Of a stretch of DNA of 64,000 nt, positions 13,421-25,308 are shown in pieces. The notes under the pieces were generated by a model. The model saw only the letters and a list, made by a program, of their open reading frames with translations, was not told where the DNA came from and ran no database searches. Each line of letters begins with the position of its first letter. Position 1 is the stretch's first letter. Location: contig LSRY02000013.1 of the NCBI GenBank assembly GCA_001643675.2, forward strand, positions 434,001 through 498,000, given 5' to 3'. Origin of the DNA: Monocercomonoides exilis PA203. Lineage: Eukaryota; Protista; Preaxostyla. The position numbers were made by a program, and so were the translations under genes.

Positions 13421-14481
13421 TTTCATCAATTTGTCTAACAGGATACTCAAGAATATCGGGAATGTTGAAGGCTTTAATGTGTGGATATTCCAGTGATATA
13501 ATATTACTGGTTACGTTAATGTGCGTTAAAGAATGTTTTGTTTTTAACATATTGATGTGAAACTTTTTTAATATTTTTTGATCAAAAATACCCCGGATTT
13601 CCTCCCAGGCCTGGGTTTCCTCCTTCACTATCATTCGAAAGACATGCATTTCAGATAAACATTTATTTTGATTTTTTTCTTTTTCAAAATTCTGTTTTGA
13701 CACAATGCGTCTCTTTTATTTTAATTTAATTTTCTATATAGTGCAAAATATTTTGCTTCAAGCTTTTTCATTGAAAAATTATGCACTTTTCATTGACTTT
13801 TTGAGATCAAAAAACACAATATAAATGTGTCCATTTTTTTGCATTCGTGAAATGCCACAATTCTTTTTGATTTGATTTCAATGATGCCTGTTAATGGATC
13901 AGAAATTTTGAATTATTATAAAATCTGAGAAAGCGAAATAAAGTTGTGAGTGAAGCAATTATTCAATGTTTTTTGTAAAAAAAGTTTGTATATCCGTATT
14001 TTCGCACAAATAATTGGACTTTTTGCTTTTTTCTCGTATTTTGATTTTGCCTGTCAACTGGTGAAAAGATGTGTTTGGCTTTTTGCTCTTTCAACCTTTA
14101 ACGTAAAGTTTGGTCCTATTTATTGATCGCTTCGTCTTTGCTCTTCACACATAGAAAAATATATTTTTTCGTTGTGTTTCAAAGGACTTTTTCTGACAAA
14201 CAAAGTGTCTCACACAATATCGAGGACTTGTTTTATAGAGCACTAACTATTTCCTATCAATCTTTTATAATCTTTTTTTTTTCGCTAACACTTTTTTCAC
14301 ATTTTTTCATATTTCATAATTTTATTCAATAATAAAAGTTCAAATTTTAACACTTCTTTAAAACAATTGCGAAATGCTCTTAATTATAAACAAGTGATAA
14401 TTATTTTCTTTATTCTATTTTTTTGTGGAGCCTTTTGGTTATGTTTTTGAAATATGAGTGATGATTTTTTTAAACTTATTA

Positions 14482-15484
14482 TTTCTGTTAAACTTTTCAG
14501 TTTGACAATTAACTTTGAATATTGATAAATGAACACTAAAAAGTTAAAACCCCATTTGAAGATTATTTTTTTCATGAATGTTATCTTGAATATTGTCATT
14601 TTTTAATAATGATTATGTATTTTCCATTTGAATGATTAATTCCTTTCCTAAGAAACAATACAATCTAATAATCAACACTTTTAAAAAATTTTTGATTTTT
14701 GTGATGATTTTTGAAATCAAATTTTTTCATTCAAAAAATTCGGTTCAAGTATTTCCTTTGAACATAAATTCATAATCACTGAAGAGTGAAAAGTCTCAAT
14801 ATTGACATTTGAATATTGATTTCAATTGATTAACTTTATCTTAAAACAGTTGTGATAATTTAGCATTTGAATTTAAAAGCTCTTTTCAATGACAAGCAAA
14901 TTTTGATAAATCTGCAACACGAAAAAAGATATGATTTCAAAAAAAATAATCACCCATTTCAATAAAAAGTTATTCATTTCATGAAAATAAATATTTTTCA
15001 GTTAAGAAGAAATGTGTTCATTTTTTTGAAATCATATCTTTTTTCGTGTTGCAGATTTATCAAAATTTGCTTGTCATTGAAAAGAGCTTTTAAATTCAAA
15101 TGCTAAATTATCACAACTGTTTTAAGATAAAGTTAATCAATTGAAATCAATATTCAAATGTCAATATTGAGACTTTTCACTCTTCAGTGATTATGAATTT
15201 ATGTTCAAAGGAAATACTTGAACCGAATTTTTTGAATGAAAAAATTTGATTTCAAAAATCATCACAAAAATCAAAAATTTTTTAAAAGTGTTGATTATTA
15301 GATTGTATTGTTTCTTAGGAAAGGAATTAATCATTCAAATGGAAAATACATAATCATTATTAAAAAATGACAATATTCAAGATAACATTCATGAAAAAAA
15401 TAATCTTCAAATGGGGTTTTAACTTTTTAGTGTTCATTTATCAATATTCAAAGTTAATTGTCAAACTGAAAAGTTTGACAGAAA
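14482..15484. repeat. Long near-perfect palindrome: arms 14482-14947 and 15021-15484, ~73-bp spacer
   Basis: The right arm is the reverse complement of the left (TTTCTGTTAAACTTTTCAGTTTGAC... vs ...GTCAAACTGAAAAGTTTGACAGAAA); only isolated mismatches seen. Confidence 0.9.
14698..14956. mobile_element. MITE family B copy (~260 bp; TIR TGGGTGATTATTTTTGAAATCAT, left TIR degenerate)
   Basis: Ends in ATGATTTCAAAAAAAATAATCACCCA; diverged homolog of 26892-27156. Confidence 0.55.
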
Positions 15485-16179
15485 AGTAATTCATTCAAAA
15501 ATAACCACATAAACATTTTCAAAATCAAACTTGATTTTCCAGGATAAGTAACTTTAATGCTGTGTTAATTATATTTATGGATGGTTCAGTTTTTCCTCAA
15601 TTTTTTCTGAGTTTTTTAAAAAAATTCAGCAAGTTACACAATAAATTAAAAAATTTCAAATATGATTGTTTTGAATTTTTCCAAAAAAAGGATGTTTGTG
15701 AAATGAAAATTATTAAGAATTGTTTAATGTATTATGAAAATTAGTGCAATGCTATAAACACATACTGAATCATTTTTCTTTTTATCGAAAGAATCATTGA
15801 AAGTTGTATTCTTAAAAATAAGATTAAATTTTTTTAGAATTTTCTCAATATTCAAATTCAAATTTTGTTTTAGAGTAGATGTGTCATTTTACAATGATTC
15901 ACTGTTTTCATTATTTATTAATTTATTTTTGTGGATTGTCAAACTATTCTTATATAATAAAAGTTTTAGCTTTTAAAATTATCCAAAATCAAAACTGAAA
16001 AAGCCTCAATTCATTGAGAATAAGAAGTTGAATAAAGAATAAAAATTAAAACAATTATTGCATGCAGAAACAAAAAGCTCATCAGTTATTTTTCTCACTT
16101 TTTTCATTCCAAGAAAAAACAGAAGTTCTAAAAGATAATTATTAGCCCATGATAAAAAAAGAAAAAAAAATGTTTTGTA

Positions 16180-16544
16180 CAGTCTAAACCGGATATAATC
16201 ACATCAGTTTTTGCACAACTTTTTGTGACTATATCCGATAGTGATAATATCCGATGATGTTTTACACAGAAAAAAATAAAAATAAATAAATATTTAAAAT
16301 AATTTTGGGTTAAATTTTTAATTTTTGAAAATTCTTCATTTAAACGCATTTTTCAATAGAAAAAACTATTTTTTGGATTTTATTATGTTTTTCAGACTTA
16401 TTTTTGCATATTTTTGAAAAATCAAAAAATTGAAAACTTTGATCAAAAAATCGAATTTTCATTGAAAAAAGCACCCATAATGAAAAAATTGTGAATATAT
16501 AATTTCATCTCTGTGATTATAAGCGATGAAAAATGAATGAAAAA
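16180..16544. mobile_element. MITE family A (pogo-like TIR CAGTC(T/A)AAACCGGATATAATCAC, TA-flanked): left part of a copy split by the Merlin insertion
   Basis: Colinear with the first ~365 bp of the intact copy at 29193-29642, up to GATGAAAAATGAATGAAAAA. Confidence 0.85.
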
Positions 16545-16547
16545 GGA

Positions 16548-19500
16548 ATAGGTGTAACTGCGTCCCTTTTGCAATTCTTGTTTTTAGACATTAATTTTGT
16601 GATGTTTGAAATGCAAAAATTATTTAAAAACTTTTGTATGGACCGGTTTTTCGCAAAAATTTTTGTTTCTCATGAAAAAACCATTTTTAAAAATGACCCA
16701 TAAATATGAGTATTTTTTCAGAAAATAAATAAAATAAGATAATTTTGAATAAATAAAATGATATAATGTCATTAATGATTATGTTGTCCAATATTAATAA
16801 TAAAAATTTGAAAAATAAAACATTAAAAAATAATAAATTTAAAAACTAAAATATTTTGATCAATCCCACAATTATATTTTTAATATCCAAAAAATAAGAA
16901 ATTAGTTTCTTTCATCGCGAATTGAACCCTCGTTTGCGAACATATAACGAATCATATATATAAACATAGTTTTAAAGTGTGTGATAAATAATTATCAATA
17001 TATCATTCAAATCTTTATGAATTTTGTATGTGATTTTGAGATGATTATTTTTGTGCAGTTTGAGGATGTTTGTATTTTTCCATGATGATCTTGAACAAAG
17101 AAATACTGATGAGGCTCACGAAGTGTGATTATCGTTTTCTTTTTATTTATTAAAGATTATTTTTACTAAATGTTAAGTAAATCATATGTTTTTAACTGAA
17201 TCAACGCGGATTATCAAATGCTAGAAGAAACCTATAGATAAAACTTTTTCATCAAAGAAATAAGAGATGGAGTGCATTTTGCAACAAATGAAATGATGAA
17301 ATTAAAATTTACATCTGATTCAATGAATTCAGAATAATCTTTTTAAAGGTGGGAATGATTTTTTTGGAAACTGCTACAACCTTTAATCACTGATAAGTGA
17401 GAGTCAATTTCTGTTTGATCTTCGAGAGGAATGTTAGACTTTCCATAATGCGATAGATGGAAGAGATTCCTGTTATTTACCAAATGATACAAATCTTATT
17501 GGATTTATAACCGTCCATCAGAGTTACACAATCATTATGAGCAGCGTGCATGGATCGAATGAAAGGCAATGAAGGGCAAACACATTTCTATGTGATTCAA
17601 TTGATTATGGATTGGTGCATCTGACTGCGGACTTCATCAGCCAGATGCTTGTTGATGGGGAGAGTGCGATCAAGGGGGAAGTGGAACTGGACGAGATGAG
17701 CCTGAGCTCAAGAAGCCGCGATCTGTGCAATGTTGAAGTGGAGTCGAGGATCGAATGCACAAGGGCGGGTGCAATATCGACATCGAACACAGTGACTGTT
17801 TCAAGAGTGAGGTTTGTATTTGTTGTGGAATTTGCATCTTTTCACATTGATCTGGTTGAACCAGACAGTGGATTGGTGGAAATGGTTAACTGCTCGTTCA
17901 GGTCAAAGCACGCTGAACCTGCTGAAGCTCGTTTGCAAGCACAAATACCGTTTCACATTATTCGGATTACCTCGGGGAGATGTGTTCGAGATGGATGCTG
18001 CGTGGAAGATGTTGCGCTTTCGGTGGCTGCAATATGCATTGCATCACCGATCCAATTTGTTGTTTCTTCTTGTGCGTTCTGCAACTTGGCAACCAGCAAT
18101 CCGCTCATTGATGTCACAGGAAGTGGAGAAATTTCTGCGAGTCATCTGGAATTGGCGAATGCCACAATCTCAAAAAGAGGACTTTCTTTGCTATCGTGCT
18201 CAGGTGTGAGAAGCCCAATGATACTTAACAATTGCTCGATTAAAAATTCAGCACAAGACAATTCAAGAGGGATGCTCATCACTTTTTGCAACTGTTCAGA
18301 CGCAGTGATAGACAGTTGCCTCTTGGATGGGAATTCAAGCGAATGCGATACAAAAGAATCACAAAGAAGGTTATCCAACAAAGTGTTTAATGAAGCGGAA
18401 AATGAAATATGCAGATGGAATGGTTCAATTGTTGATTTTTCTAGCAGTTCCGTGATGATGAAAGACACAACAATCTGCAACTCCTCAAAGGGAGGGATGA
18501 CTGTGAGTGGAGGAAGCGTTGGAATTGAAATGGGGTTATTTGAGAATAACAACCCTTCAATAGCAAATTACCCATCATTGAGAAGAAATATCATCTGTTC
18601 AGATTCAGGAACATTGAATGTGATGAGTCTGAAAGGAGGAGATGGATGGGAAAGAAACACATCACTTTGGATGTTGAATGAAGGATGTGAGTTGAGTGGG
18701 ATTGTTTCTGAAAGGGTATCACTATTCTTCGTCCCAGTGTTAGAGAGTGTCGAAGAAAAGGAGAAAGGAGAAGAAATGGAGGTTGTGTTCAAAGGGAAGC
18801 TGCTGCTGCCTTGCAACTTGTCATTCATTGTTGTGAAGCAGATGGGCGATGAAAAGCAGATTGAGAAATATGAGTTTGATGAGAGTGGATATGTGTCTGA
18901 GACAGAAGTTGGAGGGAGACTGAAAAGGGAGATAATTCGTGAGGCAGGAGAGGAGGCAGAGGTGAGAGTGAGCATTCTGTTTGGGGACAGAAATAATCCA
19001 TCATCAACTGATTCTTTCATTCTGAAGAACAGAAGTGAGCCTAAAGCTAATGGGGATGAAAAGATTGTCGAGGGAGGTAAAGAAGGGAAATCGTATTGGT
19101 TGTTGATTGTTTGCATTGTGATTGTTGTTATTCTGGCTGTTCGATGGAGGAAAGTGAAGGAAAGAAATGAGGAATTGCAAGAGATTGTGAATGATAATAT
19201 CAGAAAAGATCCGAAGGCATTTGAGATGGTTACGATGGAGATGTCACCTGAGACTCAGTGGAGGAGAGCAGAAAGAGAAGCTGAGAAGAAGAATGAGGAG
19301 AGGATGAAGAAGAGAATATATGAAAAAAGCCTGGGACATTCAGAATCATCAGAGCATCTTCTGTCTGAGAGTGGCTCAACTGAATATATTCTTGGAAGAG
19401 ATTCAGACAAGATTCCAGAATGGGCATTGGAGAAGGTTGATGATGAGGAAGAGATAAGGAAGAGAACTCAATCTCCATCCATCTCATCCACATCCACCAC

Positions 19501-20279
19501 TGATTCAGATTCAACATTTGTTCGGTCGGAGAGTTTGTGTCCAACTACCTCATCGATGTCGAATCTGGTGGATGCAATGGCCTGCTCGTCTCCCCATGAG
19601 AAGCTGATTGTGGACTTGAGGGATTCGCTGTTCATGCTTCTTCATGGGAGAAATGAGAAAAAAGAGATGGCGATTGGAAGTCTTCAAGAGAGAGAAATGA
19701 CAGCTGCTCAGATCCTGTTCTGGGTGGCTAATCTCGCACTCCATTCATTTGATGAAATGGACAACCCTCTTCAATCATTGGATAATCTGAGTCCTCACAT
19801 TGTGCTGTTCTCTGAACACATGGTCATCTGTATTGTGATGCACTCAGATTTATTGTCTGATAATTCTGACTCATCGTCGATCTCATCATCAACTGTTGTG
19901 ACGTCTGCCAGTGGTGATGATGATGAAGACTCTCTGCCCTCATCTGCATTTGAGGATGAAGATAGTTTCAAAAAAGAGTGTCTGAGGTGGAAGGCGCCAG
20001 AACTGCAGATCAATAAGAAGATGGGGGTAACAAAGAAGTCAGTGGTGTTTTCGATTGGGATGATGTTGTGGGAGTGCTTGACTCTTCAAATCCCATTTGG
20101 AGATTATGAGGCAGAGGTGGCTGGGCAGAAGATAGTGAATGGGGAGCTTCCGAATATTGGGGTGGTTGAGTGCGAGTGGGGAAGAGAGTTTGTGAAGAAG
20201 TGTGTGCTGGGGGATTTGACAGAGAGGCCGACGCTGACAGATGTGAAGCGGTGGCTGATTGGACACTTTCCGGAAGAGG
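16548..20279 (+). repeat. Left inverted arm of the Merlin element (3732 bp)
   Basis: Reverse complement of 22619-26372. The length difference equals one 21-bp indel plus one homopolymer base. Confidence 0.95.
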
Positions 20280-20323
20280 CAATAATTGTGACGGAAGCAG
20301 ATGCAATATTCATTGAAGACTGA
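17612..20323 (+). CDS. Cargo copy 1: 5'-decayed transmembrane receptor-like pseudokinase (Cys-rich beta-solenoid-like ectodomain, TM, Ser-rich linker, kinase C-lobe)
   Basis: 903-aa ORF with TM ...LAVRWRK and kinase subdomain VIII-XI motifs LRWKAPE...SVVFSIGMMLWECLT..IPF...RPTL. Highly similar to 58892-63949. Homologous reading continues upstream (~17350-17611) through in-frame stops, e.g. TGA at 17570. Confidence 0.8.
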   Translation: MVHLTADFISQMLVDGESAIKGEVELDEMSLSSRSRDLCNVEVESRIECTRAGAISTSNTVTVSRVRFVFVVEFASFHIDLVEPDSGLVEMVNCSFRSKHAEPAEARLQAQIPFHIIRITSGRCVRDGCCVEDVALSVAAICIASPIQFVVSSCAFCNLATSNPLIDVTGSGEISASHLELANATISKRGLSLLSCSGVRSPMILNNCSIKNSAQDNSRGMLITFCNCSDAVIDSCLLDGNSSECDTKESQRRLSNKVFNEAENEICRWNGSIVDFSSSSVMMKDTTICNSSKGGMTVSGGSVGIEMGLFENNNPSIANYPSLRRNIICSDSGTLNVMSLKGGDGWERNTSLWMLNEGCELSGIVSERVSLFFVPVLESVEEKEKGEEMEVVFKGKLLLPCNLSFIVVKQMGDEKQIEKYEFDESGYVSETEVGGRLKREIIREAGEEAEVRVSILFGDRNNPSSTDSFILKNRSEPKANGDEKIVEGGKEGKSYWLLIVCIVIVVILAVRWRKVKERNEELQEIVNDNIRKDPKAFEMVTMEMSPETQWRRAEREAEKKNEERMKKRIYEKSLGHSESSEHLLSESGSTEYILGRDSDKIPEWALEKVDDEEEIRKRTQSPSISSTSTTDSDSTFVRSESLCPTTSSMSNLVDAMACSSPHEKLIVDLRDSLFMLLHGRNEKKEMAIGSLQEREMTAAQILFWVANLALHSFDEMDNPLQSLDNLSPHIVLFSEHMVICIVMHSDLLSDNSDSSSISSSTVVTSASGDDDEDSLPSSAFEDEDSFKKECLRWKAPELQINKKMGVTKKSVVFSIGMMLWECLTLQIPFGDYEAEVAGQKIVNGELPNIGVVECEWGREFVKKCVLGDLTERPTLTDVKRWLIGHFPEEAIIVTEADAIFIED

Positions 20324-20734
20324 ATGGGGGCAGTGGATGAAGAAGAAAGTTCACGAGGGGATGAAATTCAGATGAGCATGCGAATGCTTTGAACCATCAT
20401 TTGGAATGGACAAGAGCTGCAGAAAGCGGTGTTGAAAAGAAACTGTCACTGTGCATGGAGAAGGGGAGAGGAAAGAAAATGAAGGACCGCTGGCTATAAA
20501 AAAAAAGAATAACATTACACCACCGCAAACACATCAATTTTGATTTTTTTTTTTGTTGTGTTTTGAAACAACCAAAAAAACTGTGCAATTAATATTTAAA
20601 AAAAAAAATATTTTTTTCCTTAAAAATTTAAAATATAAAAGTGCATATTTCACTCGAATACACAAAAAAAAGAGCCATTATTAATATATATTAATTCAAA
20701 TTTTTAACTTTTGCAAAGTCAATTTATTTCACAA

Positions 20735-22109
20735 ATGGTTGAAAACAAATCATCTGAAAAAGAATTAACATTCAGTGAGTTTTTAATGCAATCGAATGGA
20801 AAAAATCAGTTGGCTATTGAATTGCTGTCCAAATTTGGGATAATTAAAAGGAATCGAATGTGCTGGAAATGTGAAAAAGCAATGGAATTAAGGATGCAAA
20901 AAAAAAGAAAGTGATTACTATGCTTATAAATGCACGAAATGCGGGAAAAATTACAGCTGGAATTATGATTCAATTTTTATGGAATTTCATCTTTCACCAT
21001 TCAAACTTCCATCATTGTTGTATCATTTTTGGTACAAACACTCGATTAAGGAAGTCACTTTTGAATCGAAAATATCAAACAAAACAGTCGTGAAATTATT
21101 CGAAAAGTTAAGAAGGATATGCTGTTATTTTGATGAATTCGAAATGGAAAAAATTGGAAAAGATCGAATAGTGGAAATAGATGAAACTTTAATTCATAAA
21201 AGAAAGAACGGTGTTGGGAGATGCAGAGAACAGTAATGGTTATGGGGAGTAGTAGAGAGAAAAGAAATTGGAAAGCCACAAAAATTGATAGTCGTATTTC
21301 TTCCAGATCGAAAAGCTGATACCATATTGTATTTTGTTAAAAAGAACATTGAAAGATCTTCAACAATAATGACTGATAAATGGTCAGCATATAACTGCAT
21401 TAGTGAAAACGGCTTCACCATTGACAGTGTTAATCATTCTCTCAATTTTGATAAGCCTGAAAATCCTAAAGTTTACACTCAAACAATCGAAAGTGTGTGG
21501 TCTCATCTGAAAAACCACATTCCAAAAAGAGGAAGAACATTCATTAAGACAAAAGAATATGTCTATGAATTTCAATATCGATTCAACAACAGACTCACAC
21601 CTACAGCATATATCAAGGAACTTTCAAAAATCAGCAAGAAAAGTTTGGATATTTTTCTTCGTTCTTACAACGAAAGCGTTGCAAGCTTGAAAAGCATTCT
21701 TCTGAAAGAAAAGAAATTTAAATTGTCTTCTTATTTATTAAAGAAAGAGGAATTGAGAAAAAGAAACAACTATGAAATGTGTGATGAAAATGAACTTGAT
21801 GAAATGTTGAAGAAAAAAAGATCATCAAAGCTAATATCAGATATAAAAGAATCAACAAAATCAAAAAGAAGAAAAATAGATGATGAAGAAGAAAAAGAAG
21901 AGAAAGAAGAGAAAGAAACAGAAACAAAAGTTGAAACTGAAGATGACATATTTTCATCAGACGTTGATTGCAAAACTGCAAGAAAGAAGAAAAAGAAAAG
22001 ATATAGATCATGCGACGGAAGATTTCTGAAAAACAACGACAGCCAACAGTTAAAAACGTTAGAGTTTGAAACCCTAAAGTTTTGTGAAAAAAAAAGAGAG
22101 AAAGATTGA
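20735..22109 (+). pseudogene. Merlin/IS1595 (ISXO2-like) DDE transposase, ~457 aa, with two lesions
   Basis: Zn-ribbon CWKC...CTKC; VEIDET (D), WLWGVVER, LPDRKADT, IMTDKWSAY (D), VNHSLNF, TQTIESVWSHLK (E). One extra A in the A9 run at 20898-20906 and one in-frame TAA at 21234-21236. Confidence 0.9.
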
Positions 22110-22481
22110 AGAAATGAAGAAAAAAGTAAAAGATAAAACAAATGCAATTCTTAATCGAAAAATACAAAGAAGTTTTATTAAATCAACAAATATTGGAACA
22201 CAACAGTCTCCAATAAATTTATGAATTTTTATTTCACAACACTATCAATCATATTACATTTTTATCACGTTGCAAAAAAAAAAACGAATTAACACAAGTG
22301 TTCGTGAATGAATTTCAAATAAAAACAAACTTCATTTCCTTTTAGTGAAATTTGAATTACGCATTTCAATGCAAATGTGAAAACATTCTTGTAATCGTAA
22401 ACATAAATAAGTCCATACGTATATCCATCTACATATAAATTTTCATTTGTTTCATTACATTGTTCCAACCATGCTTCACAG

Positions 22482-25308
22482 TCACAGATTGGCATTAACA
22501 TTTGCTTCACTTATTTGTCCCATCTTCACACACAAGACACAAAAATGCTCAGACAATGCACTCTTTCCAATGGACTCTGCTGCAATCCCGATTGTGTAAC
22601 TCATTGTCTTCACAGTTACCTCTTCCGGAAAGTGTCCAATCAGCCACCGCTTCACATCTGTCAGCGTCGGCCTCTCTGTCAAATCCCCCAGCACACACTT
22701 CTTCACAAACTCTCTTCCCCACTCGCACTCAACCACCCCAATATTCGGAAGCTCCCCATTCACTATCTTCTGCCCAGCCACCTCTGCCTCATAATCTCCA
22801 AATGGGATTTGAAGAGTCAAGCACTCCCACAACATCATCCCAATCGAAAACACCACTGACTTCTTTGTTACCCCCATCTTCTTATTGATCTGCAGTTCTG
22901 GCGCCTTCCACCTCAGACACTCTTTTTTGAAACTATCTTCATCCTCAAATGCAGATGAGGGCAGAGAGTCTTCATCATCATCACCACTGGCAGACGTCAC
23001 AACAGTTGATGATGAGATCGACGATGAGTCAGAATTATCAGACAATAAATCTGAGTGCATCACAATACAGATGACCATGTGTTCAGAGAACAGCACAATG
23101 TGAGGACTCAGATTATCCAATGATTGAAGAGGGTTGTCCATTTCATCAAATGAATGGAGTGCGAGATTAGCCACCCAGAACAGGATCTGAGCAGCTGTCA
23201 TTTCTCTCTCTTGAAGACTTCCAATCGCCATCTCTTTTTTTCTCATTTCTCCCATGAAGAAGCATGAACAGCGAATCCCTCAAGTCCACAATCAGCTTCT
23301 CATGGGGAGACGAGCAGGCCATTGCATCCACCAGATTCGACATCGATGAGGTAGTTGGACACAAACTCTCCGACCGAACAAATGTTGAATCTGAATCAGT
23401 GGTGGATGTGGATGAGATGGATGGAGATTGAGTTCTCTTCCTTATCTCTTCCTCATCATCAACCTTCTCCAATGCCCATTCTGGAATCTTGTCTGAATCT
23501 CTTCCAAGAATATATTCAGTTGAGCCACTCTCAGACAGAAGATGCTCTGATGATTCTGAATGTCCCAGGCTTTTTTCATATATTCTCTTCTTCATCCTCT
23601 CCTCATTCTTCTTCTCAGCTTCTCTTTCTGCTCTCCTCCACTGAGTCTCAGGTGACATCTCCATCGTAACCATCTCAAATGCCTTCGGATCTTTTCTGAT
23701 ATTATCATTCACAATCTCTTGCAATTCCTCATTTCTTTCCTTCACTTTCCTCCATCGAACAGCCAGAATAACAACAATTACAAGCAGAATCACAACAATC
23801 ACAATGCAAACAATCAACAACCAATACGATTTCCCTTCTTTACCTCCCTCGACAATCTTTTCATCCCCATTAGCTTTAGGCTCACTTCTGTTCTTCAGAA
23901 TGAAAGAATCAGTTGATGATGGATTATTTCTGTCCCCAAACAGAATGCTCACTCTCACCTCTGCCTCCTCTCCTGCCTCACGAATTATCTCCCTTTTCAG
24001 TCTCCCTCCAACTTCTGTCTCAGACACATATCCACTCTCATCAAACTCATATTTCTCAATCTGCTTTTCATCGCCCATCTGCTTCACAACAATGAATGAC
24101 AAGTTGCAAGGCAGCAGCAGCTTCCCTTTGAACACAACCTCCATTTCTTCTCCTTTCTCCTTTTCTTCGACACTCTCTAACACTGGGACGAAGAATAGTG
24201 ATACCCTTTCAGAAACAATCCCACTCAACTCACATCCTTCATTCAACATCCAAAGTGATGTGTTTCTTTCCCATCCATCTCCTCCTTTCAGACTCATCAC
24301 ATTCAATGTTCCTGAATCTGAACAGATGATATTTCTTCTCAATGATGGGTAATTTGCTATTGAAGGGTTGTTATTCTCAAATAACCCCATTTCAATTCCA
24401 ACGCTTCCTCCACTCACAGTCATCCCTCCCTTTGAGGAGTTGCAGATTGTTGTGTCTTTCATCATCACGGAACTGCTAGAAAAATCAACAATTGAACCAT
24501 TCCATCTGCATATTTCATTTTCCGCTTCATTAAACACTTTGTTGGATAACCTTCTTTGTGATTCTTTTGTATCGCATTCGCTTGAATTCCCATCCAAGAG
24601 GCAACTGTCTATCACTGCGTCTGAACAGTTGCAAAAAGTGATGAGCATCCCTCTTGAATTGTCTTGTGCTGAATTTTTAATCGAGCAATTGTTAAGTATC
24701 ATTGGGCTTCTCACACCTGAGCACGATAGCAAAGAAAGTCCTCTTTTTGAGATTGTGGCATTCGCCAATTCCAGATGACTCGCAGAAATTTCTCCACTTC
24801 CTGTGACATCAATGAGCGGATTGCTGGTTGCCAAGTTGCAGAACGCACAAGAAGAAACAACAAATTGGATCGGTGATGCAATGCATATTGCAGCCACCGA
24901 AAGCGCAACATCTTCCACGCAGCATCCATCTCGAACACATCTCCCCGAGGTAATCCGAATAATGTGAAACGGTATTTGTGCTTGCAAACGAGCTTCAGCA
25001 GGTTCAGCGTGCTTTGACCTGAACGAGCAGTTAACCATTTCCACCAATCCACTGTCTGGTTCAACCAGATCAATGTGAAAAGATGCAAATTCCACAACAA
25101 ATACAAACCTCACTCTTGAAACAGTCACTGTGTTCGATGTCGATATTGCACCCGCCCTTGTGCATTCGATCCTCGACTCCACTTCAACATTGCACAGATC
25201 GCGGCTTCTTGAGCTCAGGCTCATCTCGTCCAGTTCCACTTCCCCCTTGATCGCACTCTCCCCATCAACAAGCATCTGGCTGATGAAGTCCGCAGTCAGA
25301 TGCACCAA
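22482..25308 (-). pseudogene. Cargo copy 2 of the receptor-like pseudokinase (inverted); +1 frameshift and a different C-terminal tail
   Basis: ORFs 23167-25308 and 22482-23255 match copy 1 except for a 7-aa longer TM segment, a T7 vs A6 homopolymer (23235-23241) and the tail after GHFPEE. Confidence 0.8.

Noticed and set aside
21234-21236. In-frame TAA as evidence of a TAR=Gln genetic code (as in Streblomastix)
   Set aside because: Cathepsin B, alpha1 and DNAL4 end at TAA at the expected positions, and long ORFs lack internal TAR, so the code is standard.
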